From Bacteroidia bacterium (GTDB taxonomy: Bacteria; Bacteroidota; Bacteroidia; SXHM01), in NCBI GenBank assembly GCA_022072225.1, contig JAJVIC010000006.1, positions 73,785-137,784 of the forward strand: a stretch of DNA of 64,000 nt, given 5' to 3'. The notes under the pieces are model-generated. The model was not told the DNA's origin and made no database searches. It worked only from the letters and a program-made list of their open reading frames with translations. Below are positions 9,610 to 18,414 of this stretch, one piece after another (position 1 is the first letter of the stretch; each line of letters starts with the position of its first letter). The position numbers were made by a program, and so were the translations under genes.

Positions 9610-11328
9610 CTACTGCGATTTTTTATCACTCGAAAGTATTTTGCCAATCAGGCATGTTCTAATCGCGGTCAGCTTGGTGCACAAGGCGGGACAAGTGAAT
9701 AAAAAATCACTGTTCCAATTATGTTTTTCAATGGTATTTTTAGGTTCAAAGAGGGTTCTTTTTGCCATATATTCTACTTCACACTCTTTTACACATTGAT
9801 AAGTATTATCCGTTGTAATATAAAGGTTTTTGTCTTTTAGCGTTAGGTTCAAAGCTAATTTTGCAGCTATGTTATTTTTCGCAGAATCGTCACCGATTTT
9901 GAATTGTTTGAGTGAATGCAAAGCAAAATCAAAACTTTCTTTTATCGCATTTTCCAAATGCGAAAGATGTTTTGTAGTTGCTTCTATTTGTACTGCAACC
10001 TCCTTTAATTCCTTCAAAACTTCTTCTTTCAATGGCTTAATTTCCTCTGCGCTCATTTCACCATCTGCCCTCATTCTAATAAGCCCATTAAGCCTATTAA
10101 ATAGCTCGCTTTCGCGTTTCTTTAGTCGTGACGTCATTTGCGCTTGTTCGTGACTGCAACTGCTCTTAAGCTCTTTTAGAGCCTTTAATCCCCAAACATT
10201 GAAATCCTTACCTATGCTGATTTTCTCCAATTCTTTGGTAATGTTATTTTCAATTACCTCACGAGTTATTGAACCCTGACTACACGCTCCTTTGTTTTTT
10301 GTGCAGAGATAATAGACTTTGTTCACCATGCTTGGATTTTTCATTTTATAAAAATCAAGTTTACACTTAGGACAAACCGTTTTTGTAACAATGGAATATT
10401 TGAACTTACAGTTTGTGCAGATAGCTTGTAGTTTATGCATTGCGGTTACCCAGCCCTGACATTCCCCGCAGCGAATAAGTCCTCGATATGGAAAATATTT
10501 TTTTCTCTGAATAACAAATCTTTTTTTCTGCAAAATATTTTGGACTTCTGAGAATTCTTTAAGTGTTACCATTGGTTGATGATTTCCTTTAAATCTCTCT
10601 TTATCGAAGTGTTCGTTCCGCCAGTAAAAATGACCACAGTAAAATTCCTTATTGAATAGATTATAGAACATATTCTTGGTGTACTTTTTTCCTTTCTTAT
10701 CTCGCAACCCTAACCTGTCTGCTTCGCGCTCAATAGCCCGTATCGAGTATTTCCCGGTAAGCATTAAATCCCATAATTTCCGCACCACTGGAAATAATTC
10801 AGGATCGGGAATAATCTCGGTTAATCCCTTGCCACGCTCCTCTTTTGGAGCGTGCATATATCCTAATGGTGCTGTTCCAGGAAACCATCCGCGCTCTGCT
10901 TTTTTTCGCATACCACGTTTTACATCCACGCTTAAATCATTGGAGTACTGAATAGCCATGCCAAATTCCACCATGAGAATAATGACATTATCAGACGGCT
11001 TATAATCCCTGCCGTATGTATTAATGCTCTGAATTGCGCCTTGCTGCAATTGCCAAATGATTTGTCCGCCATCAATTGAATTACGGGCAAGGCGATTGAG
11101 TTTCCAGCATAAAATTCCTTGCGCTTCTCCTTTCTTGATGCGTTGCATCATTGCATTAAACTTTGGTCTGCCTGGGTATTTTGCGCTTTGTTCTTCACTG
11201 ATAATATCTGCAATCTGAAGGTGCTCCCGCTCTGCAATACGCTGCATCTCTGAAATCTGGTCATTGATGGATGCCATTTGTTTATCCTCTGTATCTGTTG
11301 ATTTTCTGGCATATAAAAAATATTTCAT
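9610..11328 (-). CDS. Large serine recombinase A
   Basis: YARKST catalytic motif, WKLNRLARN, recombinase domain, Zn ribbon, coiled coil. Confidence 0.92.
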   Translation of the reverse strand: MKYFLYARKSTDTEDKQMASINDQISEMQRIAEREHLQIADIISEEQSAKYPGRPKFNAMMQRIKKGEAQGILCWKLNRLARNSIDGGQIIWQLQQGAIQSINTYGRDYKPSDNVIILMVEFGMAIQYSNDLSVDVKRGMRKKAERGWFPGTAPLGYMHAPKEERGKGLTEIIPDPELFPVVRKLWDLMLTGKYSIRAIEREADRLGLRDKKGKKYTKNMFYNLFNKEFYCGHFYWRNEHFDKERFKGNHQPMVTLKEFSEVQNILQKKRFVIQRKKYFPYRGLIRCGECQGWVTAMHKLQAICTNCKFKYSIVTKTVCPKCKLDFYKMKNPSMVNKVYYLCTKNKGACSQGSITREVIENNITKELEKISIGKDFNVWGLKALKELKSSCSHEQAQMTSRLKKRESELFNRLNGLIRMRADGEMSAEEIKPLKEEVLKELKEVAVQIEATTKHLSHLENAIKESFDFALHSLKQFKIGDDSAKNNIAAKLALNLTLKDKNLYITTDNTYQCVKECEVEYMAKRTLFEPKNTIEKHNWNSDFLFTCPALCTKLTAIRTCLIGKILSSDKKSQ

Positions 11329-11396
11329 AAGGAATTCAAAAATTACCTGATAATCTATTGACTCGGATTCATACCAAATCCAAGCCTAAGAGTCAA

Positions 11397-11579
11397 TCAT
11401 TCGTTATCCACAAAGTATGCTCCGCTTAAATCAAGAATGGTTGCCATAAATTGAAGAAGATGTAAGCCCTTTTTGTATGCTTCGTCATCGGATAATTCAA
11501 TATTAAAATTCTTAAAATAAATAGCCTTGAATTCTTTTAGCTGTTCCGGTGAAAGCGTTGTTGGCATCTTAATATTCAT
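11397..11579 (-). CDS. Small protein upstream of recombinase A
   Basis: Homologous to N-terminal part of 54190-54459 (LSPEQLKEFKAIYFKNFNIELS vs LTEEQIAKYQELHKKYFGEELS). Confidence 0.7.
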   Translation of the reverse strand: MNIKMPTTLSPEQLKEFKAIYFKNFNIELSDDEAYKKGLHLLQFMATILDLSGAYFVDNE

Positions 11580-11691
11580 CTATTCAGAATAAGAGGATAT
11601 TTATCAGAAAAACAGAAGCAAAAAATTGCCAATTTGCAGAGTCAAATAATCGCTTCTGTTTATTCTCTTTTCATCCAAGGATAATTGCTGA

Positions 11692-12192
11692 ATGGATTAC
11701 AAATACACAACACATGTTCCCAATGAACTTTTTGATAAACACCTGCCACACCTCACGTTCGCGGAACTTAAAATCTTGCTGATTATCATTCGCCAAACAC
11801 AAGGGTGGGTAGACACCAAAACAGGCAAGCGAAAAGTTCGGGATAGGATTTCCCGAACAATGTTTATGGCTAAAACTAATCTTTCCAGACGCGTCATTTC
11901 ACATACCATTCAATCCCTTATTTCCAAAGAACTAATTACAGTAACTGACTATACTGGCGCTGAGCTTCCTGCACCTGATGAACGCAAAGGGCAATTCCTA
12001 TATTATTCATTGTATAGCTCAATACAGGGGCATTTAGGGGCACATACAAGGGCATTACCGTTACCTACCCCAGGGCATCCTGTGAACCATATCAAAAGAA
12101 AAAATAAAAAAGAAAATAAAACAAAAGAAACAGTTCAATCCATCGGAAATATTTTAGAAAAAATGTATAAAAAGTATTTCCATAAAAAGTAA
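11692..12192 (+). CDS. Phage O-like replication initiator (wHTH)
   Basis: TTHVPNELFD...ELKILLIIIRQTQGW...DRISRT..TNLSRR pattern; internal short repeats followed by an A-tract. Confidence 0.7.
   Translation: MDYKYTTHVPNELFDKHLPHLTFAELKILLIIIRQTQGWVDTKTGKRKVRDRISRTMFMAKTNLSRRVISHTIQSLISKELITVTDYTGAELPAPDERKGQFLYYSLYSSIQGHLGAHTRALPLPTPGHPVNHIKRKNKKENKTKETVQSIGNILEKMYKKYFHKK
12026..12130 (+). other. Putative origin within rep gene: AGGG(G)CA iterons plus A-rich tract
   Basis: AGGGGCA at 12026 and 12036, AGGGCA at 12049 and 12072, then an A-rich run at ~12094-12130. Confidence 0.5.
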
Positions 12193-12212
12193 TTGGTTGT
12201 TGAAAATCTGTT

Positions 12213-12246
12213 CGCAGGTGTGCCTCCTTTAAAAAGCACACCTGCG
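12213..12246 (+). terminator. Hairpin after rep
   Basis: CGCAGGTGTGC/GCACACCTGCG 11-bp stem; 12-bp stem at 55091-55125. Confidence 0.6.
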
Positions 12247-12433
12247 GTTTCGTTTCTCAAATAAACCGATTGCGTATTTTTAGTGCACACAATTTCCCCA
12301 CGAAATGAACGGACTTGTTACCAAACGGTAAGTAACCGCGAAAAAAATTTGCCAAAGTGGCATATTCTGTATTCTGTTTTTCCTTAAGTCGGTTTCGTAT
12401 CATTTACTTATTACTAAGTAATTGAAAAATATT

Positions 12434-12793
12434 ATGAAACATAATGTGAACTATTTGCGAACCTATCGCAAGCAAACAGAGATAACGCAAGCCGACATGG
12501 CTTTTTTATTACACAAGGAAGACAACTCAAATCTTTCACGGTGTGAGAAAGGAAAACGTGCGCCCAGTGTCCATATGATTATTGTGTATAGTTTACTATT
12601 TAACACTCCGGTGATTTCATTTTTCACCAATCAACGGGACCTGATTAAACAACGGCTCATTGAGCGAATAAAAGAATTAATGGAGCAATTAAAAATGGAC
12701 GACCCGACTGAAAATATTATATCGAGAATTGAGTATTTGCAAAAGGCGCTTATTAGATTAACAGAGGAAAAAACATATGAAAAACAACAATAA
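12434..12793 (+). CDS. XRE-family HTH protein
   Basis: NYLRTYRKQTEITQADMAFLL...LSRCEKGKRAP. Confidence 0.85.
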   Translation: MKHNVNYLRTYRKQTEITQADMAFLLHKEDNSNLSRCEKGKRAPSVHMIIVYSLLFNTPVISFFTNQRDLIKQRLIERIKELMEQLKMDDPTENIISRIEYLQKALIRLTEEKTYEKQQ

Positions 12794-13274
12794 AGAAATG
12801 GTTCTTGCACTATATCCTAATCGGCAAGGGTTCGGGTATGCATTCTTGGAAAAGCTGACCGAACCAAGGGATTGTGGAGTTGTTACGATTCGCCCTATAA
12901 GTAATCAAAAGTGCTTGGAGCGAATAAAAAAATTCATTGAGTATTATCAGCCAACTCTTATTCTCCTTGAAGACCCTGAAGGTAAATCTTCCTGGAAAAG
13001 TTTGCGTGTGAAAAAATTGATACACAGTATTACTGATTTTTGCCAACTCAACGACATTACGGTAAGACGTTATACACGAGAACAAATCCGATTCGTGTTT
13101 TCGGAATTTAAAGTGAAATCAAAGTACGAGATTGCTGCGCAGATAATAAAATGGTTACCACAGTTCAAAAACAAAATGCCCGAAGTACGAAAGCCTTGGA
13201 TGTGTCAGGATTACAACATGGTTATGTTTGATGCGATTTCACTTGCGATTACTCATTTTTATCTAGATAATTAA
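12777..13274 (+). CDS. RuvC/RNase H-fold protein
   Basis: VLALYPNRQGFGYA, ILLED, KSKYEIA, FDAISLA pattern resembles RuvC; the first Asp is replaced by Tyr. Confidence 0.6.
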   Translation: MKNNNKEMVLALYPNRQGFGYAFLEKLTEPRDCGVVTIRPISNQKCLERIKKFIEYYQPTLILLEDPEGKSSWKSLRVKKLIHSITDFCQLNDITVRRYTREQIRFVFSEFKVKSKYEIAAQIIKWLPQFKNKMPEVRKPWMCQDYNMVMFDAISLAITHFYLDN

Positions 13275-13338
13275 ATGTCTAACTAACTATTTGATTAGTA
13301 GAAGATAATCGTAACTTTATAATCTCTAATAATTATTA

Positions 13339-14469
13339 ATGCTTACTGCGCATTTTCCTAATCGAATTCTGTTTGGTATTGGGATCATCAACCGTATCAA
13401 AGAAGAATTATTATTACTTGATGGATGTAAAAGTATTTTACTGATCACAAGTCCAGGTATGCCAAGTCGTATTTTTTTTCCTGAAATACTAAAGACAATT
13501 CAATCAGTTGTAAAGAATGTTCAAGTAATAGCAACTCTCACTCCTGAACCAGATGATAAAATGATTGAAATGATTTTTGGACAAATAGAATTAAAAAATG
13601 TAGATGCAGTAATAGGAGTTGGGGGAGGCAGTGTTATGGATGCTGCAAAATTAATTTCTTGTCGCGTTGTTAATAATGAACCGTTTGTTGAAATGGCCGG
13701 AAGTAATTTGGTTAAGCGTAAAGGCCCACCTATCCTATTAATACCAACGGTTGCAGGAAGTGGTAGTGAGGTTACTCATGAAGCTGTTCTGACTGATAAT
13801 GATTCTGGAACAAGATATGCCCTAAAGGATTTCAAATTGTTATCTCATTGCTCAATCATAGATCCATCTCTTTTAACTACTTGTCCTAAGGTTTTAATTG
13901 CTACATCAGGAATTGATGCTTTTATACATGCAGTTGAATCAATCGGTAATTTAAATGCCAATGTTTTTTCAAATTTAAATGGATTACAAGCGATTAAATC
14001 TTTAAAAGAAGGATTGGTTGAGGCTATTTGTGATGTTACAAATGAAAGAGCCTTAAATCAAATATCCTTGGGCTCTATGTTTGCTGGGTTCGCTTTTGCA
14101 GCAACAGGAACAGCAGCAATTCATGCATGTGGTTATCCGCTAACTACAATACACAAAATACCACATGGACAGGCCAATGCTGTAATGTTACCATACGTTA
14201 TTAAATATAATCTCCAAACAGGTAATTACTATGATTCAATAACGGAATTATGGGGTACTAAAAATTTACCATTATCTCTTTTGCAACTTGTAAATGAAAT
14301 AGGTTTAAAAACAAATCTAAAATCTATGGGGATTAAAATAGATGAGTTAGAGAAACTGGCTGAAATCGCCTTTCTTGATAAACGTCATTTATCTGTTAAT
14401 CCAACAGATATTTCGTTAGATATATTGAAAAATATCTTTAAAAACGCTTGGGAAGGAAATTTAGATTGA
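13339..14469 (+). CDS. Iron-containing alcohol dehydrogenase family protein
   Basis: GVGGGSVMDAAK, PTVAGSGSEVT, DAFIHAVES, PHGQANA. Confidence 0.9.
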   Translation: MLTAHFPNRILFGIGIINRIKEELLLLDGCKSILLITSPGMPSRIFFPEILKTIQSVVKNVQVIATLTPEPDDKMIEMIFGQIELKNVDAVIGVGGGSVMDAAKLISCRVVNNEPFVEMAGSNLVKRKGPPILLIPTVAGSGSEVTHEAVLTDNDSGTRYALKDFKLLSHCSIIDPSLLTTCPKVLIATSGIDAFIHAVESIGNLNANVFSNLNGLQAIKSLKEGLVEAICDVTNERALNQISLGSMFAGFAFAATGTAAIHACGYPLTTIHKIPHGQANAVMLPYVIKYNLQTGNYYDSITELWGTKNLPLSLLQLVNEIGLKTNLKSMGIKIDELEKLAEIAFLDKRHLSVNPTDISLDILKNIFKNAWEGNLD

Positions 14470-14513
14470 ATAACTATAACTTTCTGAAAGCTTATACTCG
14501 TTTCTTAAATATT

Positions 14514-15374
14514 TTAAAAAGCAACTAATAGTATACCAATAAAAATCATTGTTATTCCAGCAATTTTAAATGACAATCCTTTACGTTCTTTCAATTTCCA
14601 AATACCCCAAACTGAAATAAGGACTGCGGCCGATTCTCTTAAAGGAGATATTAATGCAACAGGCGCAATAGACAGAGAAAATAGAACTAATTGGTAGGTA
14701 GCAATGATAAAGATACCTATAATGGCTGTTTTTGCAAATGAACCTTTTTTCGGATTAATTTCTCTTCCTGTGTACATTATAAAATACCGCCTGATAGGAA
14801 TAAAACCTATGAGACAAAGTGCGGTGAAGAAATATTTAAGTGCTCCAAAATAAATGGGATTCGTATATTCTAAACCTATCTTATCTATAATGGTGTATGA
14901 AGCAATGAAAACACCTGTAAGGAGTGCCGGGATAAATCCTTTTTTGCCTTCTAATCTCGCTCTTCTTACAAACCAAATTCCAAAAATAAGTAAGAGTATA
15001 CCTGCCACTTGATATAGAGTCACATTTTCTTTTAGCAATAATATACCAAAAAAAAAGGATAACACTGGTGCTATCCCTCTCGCAATCGGATATACCACCG
15101 ACAATTCTCCATGTCTATAACTATGCGACAAGAAAAAGAAGTACCCCAATTCAGCAATCCCGGAAAGCATCCCATAGAAAATTGCCGTAGAGGAAATGGG
15201 TGGCATTTGTTCAACAATCCAGTAGGTCATAATAAGTGGTATGAATAATATTACTCCTATGCCTATTGCTTTTGTTGAAACATCTAACGGATCGTCAGCT
15301 GATTGCAATAAAATATTCCAACTAACATGTAAAATTGCAGATATAAAGATGAGAATGATCGCAGAAGAAAGCAT
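14514..15374 (-). CDS. EamA/DMT family transporter
   Basis: ~10 TM segments, LHVSWN, GELSVVYPIARG. Confidence 0.88.
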   Translation of the reverse strand: MLSSAIILIFISAILHVSWNILLQSADDPLDVSTKAIGIGVILFIPLIMTYWIVEQMPPISSTAIFYGMLSGIAELGYFFFLSHSYRHGELSVVYPIARGIAPVLSFFFGILLLKENVTLYQVAGILLLIFGIWFVRRARLEGKKGFIPALLTGVFIASYTIIDKIGLEYTNPIYFGALKYFFTALCLIGFIPIRRYFIMYTGREINPKKGSFAKTAIIGIFIIATYQLVLFSLSIAPVALISPLRESAAVLISVWGIWKLKERKGLSFKIAGITMIFIGILLVAF

Positions 15375-15474
15375 ACATAAAGTATATCAAAGCAGGGAAA
15401 AAACCACTATTTAATTTAGGCATCAATTTTGTTATCTTATTAGGTATCAACTCTTCCTACCTTTTCATAATGAG

Positions 15475-16401
15475 ATGATAAAAAGATTAAAATTCTTTGA
15501 TGAAATTTCATTGGGAAATGAAGTGGTGTCTGAATTGCGTTCATTGCAATCGTTTAACGATAATTACAAAATCATCCAGAGCTATAATGCTCCACATATT
15601 AGAGACGCAGCAATTTCAATAAAAAAAACCTTTTCAAACTCTGATAATGGAGTATTGATTAAAATTCAGCCGCAATTATCTAATCTTGAATTGAGGTCTT
15701 TAGTTTGGCTTCTTTCATGCAATATAGGGAAACCAATTGTTCAAGATGAATCAGGGACTCAGATTATGTATGTATATGATAGGAATAGATCAAATTCAAT
15801 TTTCAATGGAGCAAGGTATCACCAAACTCACCAAGGCGGAGCATTACATACAGACCAGGGCGGAGTCAAACATACAAAGAATGTTAATGATCCAGAGCCA
15901 ATTGATTTTTTAGTTTTAGGTTGCATACAGCAAGGATTAATTGGTGGAGAAACTATTTTGGTTCATGCTGATGAATTATACCGTGAACTTTTAAAATTTC
16001 CCATAGTAATTGATATTTTAAAAGGACAATTTTTTTGGGAATTACGGGGGCAATCTCAAAATTATTATGATGGGCCAATTTTAACCATTGGAAACGATGG
16101 TAAGCCTAGATTTCGTTATATTAGGCCATATATGGAATCAGCGTACACACGTCTTGGAAAAAAAATAAAACCTCTTGAAACGTGGGCCTTGGACGTATTA
16201 GACTCTCTATTGGAAAGTTCTATAATCCAAAATAGGATTCTATTAAATAGAGGTGAAATTCTAATTTTCAGAAACGATCGATTTGTACATGGTCGTACTT
16301 CTTTTACAGATGATTGGAGTGATAATCCAGCGGTAGAAAATAATATTGATTTACTTACCAATAAAAGATTATTCCAACGAATTTGGCTCTCAGAAAAATG
16401 A
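15475..16401 (+). CDS. TauD/TfdA-family Fe(II)/2OG dioxygenase
   Basis: LHTD, GGET, NDRFVHGR, RLFQRIW. Confidence 0.85.
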   Translation: MIKRLKFFDEISLGNEVVSELRSLQSFNDNYKIIQSYNAPHIRDAAISIKKTFSNSDNGVLIKIQPQLSNLELRSLVWLLSCNIGKPIVQDESGTQIMYVYDRNRSNSIFNGARYHQTHQGGALHTDQGGVKHTKNVNDPEPIDFLVLGCIQQGLIGGETILVHADELYRELLKFPIVIDILKGQFFWELRGQSQNYYDGPILTIGNDGKPRFRYIRPYMESAYTRLGKKIKPLETWALDVLDSLLESSIIQNRILLNRGEILIFRNDRFVHGRTSFTDDWSDNPAVENNIDLLTNKRLFQRIWLSEK

Positions 16402-16443
16402 CTAAAGAATAAATTTTGACTTAGGATTTATTATACGAGAGTA

Positions 16444-17634
16444 TCAGTTATGATAAATCAGGTTGTTTATTGCTTTTAAGATAATTAAAAAATTCTTATA
16501 CGCAGTTTCATTTTCCAATGTCTCATTAGTAAGCATTAGGCATAATGAATCATCGAATAATAACTCATGCTTCAATTTATAAATTTCCTCACTACTTAGA
16601 GATGTATTTATTCCATCTAATGAATCTCCTATTCTTGTTGCAATCACACATTTTTTATTGTGTTTTTTAGAAGATGTCCTAAGCAAATCTTCAACCTGAA
16701 GAATGTCTTTTTTATAAAGGGATAACTGAACTGCCAAATCTCCTCTAGCTATCATTATCCCATCTGTAACAGCAGATATTTCATCAATATTTTCTATACC
16801 TCTCATCGTTTCTATTTTTGCCATTAGTTTAGCTTTTGGGGGCAAGGAAAGCCTTTTCATTTCTTCAATGCTTTTCTTAGTATTACAGAATGAAAGGCAA
16901 ATCCACTCAAAATATTCTAATGAGCCATTAGAATTTAATTTATTGATTAAGTCAATTGTTTCAATCGGTATAGATTCTACCGTGTCGTATAAACCAGCAA
17001 TATCAATACCTCTATAATTATAAATCATGCAGTCGCTTAAAGCTTCACAATAGATTGCAATTTCATCATGTTTTATAATCTCAAATTGACTCCAACCATC
17101 AGATATTAAAAGAAATTTTGCATCTTTTTTTAATGGTATAGTTTCTTTATAAGGAATTACTTTTGTGTTTTGAAGTCTTTTATCTTTTATGATATCTAAG
17201 TTAGAATCGGGCACTAAAGCTATAATCTCTCCTTTTAATATTTCTAATTCATCTCTGCCAGATAATAAATCCAAATGAGAAATCCGGACTTTAGGCCCTG
17301 ATAAATCAATAGCTAATGATATGTTCTGCTCACCGATTATCTTCTTCACCCTCACAACTTCATCGTGAATCTCTTTCTCATTTTTGTATTTAGAAGAACT
17401 AATACGAATAGTTTCAATACACTGATGACTTAACATTTTATTAATTGAATCGTCTGATAAACTAGGTCTGATTGTTAACCAAAAGTTAAAAGATTTTCCA
17501 GACGCACTTTTTTGTAGTGGACGGTGTGTATCAAATATATCAATTGGAATAGGTAAGCTTTTAGAATCCCATATTACCTTGGGTTTGTGACGAGAAACAC
17601 TTAAATTAGGTTTATGTAAATATTGATTACTCAT
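16444..17634 (-). CDS. Divergent pyruvate kinase-like protein (barrel only)
   Basis: IDLSGPKVR, AKIET, DGIMIARGDL, LMLTNET; no C-terminal regulatory domain. Confidence 0.7.
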   Translation of the reverse strand: MSNQYLHKPNLSVSRHKPKVIWDSKSLPIPIDIFDTHRPLQKSASGKSFNFWLTIRPSLSDDSINKMLSHQCIETIRISSSKYKNEKEIHDEVVRVKKIIGEQNISLAIDLSGPKVRISHLDLLSGRDELEILKGEIIALVPDSNLDIIKDKRLQNTKVIPYKETIPLKKDAKFLLISDGWSQFEIIKHDEIAIYCEALSDCMIYNYRGIDIAGLYDTVESIPIETIDLINKLNSNGSLEYFEWICLSFCNTKKSIEEMKRLSLPPKAKLMAKIETMRGIENIDEISAVTDGIMIARGDLAVQLSLYKKDILQVEDLLRTSSKKHNKKCVIATRIGDSLDGINTSLSSEEIYKLKHELLFDDSLCLMLTNETLENETAYKNFLIILKAINNLIYHN

Positions 17635-17645
17635 TATTATCAATT

Positions 17646-18344
17646 TTAATTTAAATAATGAGGTAAATCAAATCCCCAGCATACTGCTGAATAACATTGC
17701 GTAGAATAATTTATTTTCAAATGCTCATCTAAATTAGTTCTTACAATATTTAAGCAGTTTTTAGCTAACTGTACATCACCAACCTTGCTCAATGACAAAT
17801 AATATTTTTTACAAATTCCTTCGTACCTTGAAGTATCGGTTTCATAGTTTTTTGAAACAGAATAGACAAATAATTCAGCTAAATCAGTATATTTTATTAA
17901 TTCCGATTTAGCGCTTTCACAAATTTTATAAAAAGCATTTTGTTCAATTGGAACTTCATCTGTAAACTTTTGAATTATATCTGCATTTCTTAATGTTAAC
18001 AATTCTTTTATGCTTGAATTGTACTGGGGAATTCCTTCTAGGATAAAATAAAGAAATGATTTAAAAATGGCTGCTTTGGCAGACCGCCATTCATCTTGAA
18101 GATCAACTTTAATAGATAATATAATACCGGATTTAATATGTAATCTTTCCATTACTTCATAGGCAGAGGCTAATTGCTTTTCAGATAATTCAGAATCAAG
18201 AAAATTTCTCCAATCGAACCTTTCCGTCAATTGAATTTTAGCAATCGTTCCCAGCATATAAATATTAATTCCTCCTCTAATTTGCGGCCAAATAGAACCT
18301 CCTTTTATATACGAGCTGCAAAGTTGATTTATAAACGTCTCCAT
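17646..18344 (-). CDS. Hypothetical protein
   Basis: 232-aa ORF, co-oriented in the operon. Confidence 0.7.
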   Translation of the reverse strand: METFINQLCSSYIKGGSIWPQIRGGINIYMLGTIAKIQLTERFDWRNFLDSELSEKQLASAYEVMERLHIKSGIILSIKVDLQDEWRSAKAAIFKSFLYFILEGIPQYNSSIKELLTLRNADIIQKFTDEVPIEQNAFYKICESAKSELIKYTDLAELFVYSVSKNYETDTSRYEGICKKYYLSLSKVGDVQLAKNCLNIVRTNLDEHLKINYSTQCYSAVCWGFDLPHYLN

Positions 18345-18414
18345 TCGTATGTAAATATTACTATTGCATTATTGAAAGAAGCGAATGCCTTTTATCATTC
18401 TATTCTGGTAGCAT

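Larger units (their letters stand above)
6290..13270. repeat. Backbone core, copy 1 (diverged direct repeat of ~49150-56150; the recombinase segment is much more diverged)
   Basis: Gene-by-gene and intergenic similarity, with mostly synonymous differences. Confidence 0.95.

Noticed and set aside
9610..13274. Prophage
   Set aside because: Integrase, O-like Rep and a RuvC-like gene are present, but there is no terminase, capsid, tail or lysis gene.
12777..13274. TnpB/Cas12-like RNA-guided nuclease
   Set aside because: Only 165 aa, with no Zn finger, bridge helix or split RuvC architecture.
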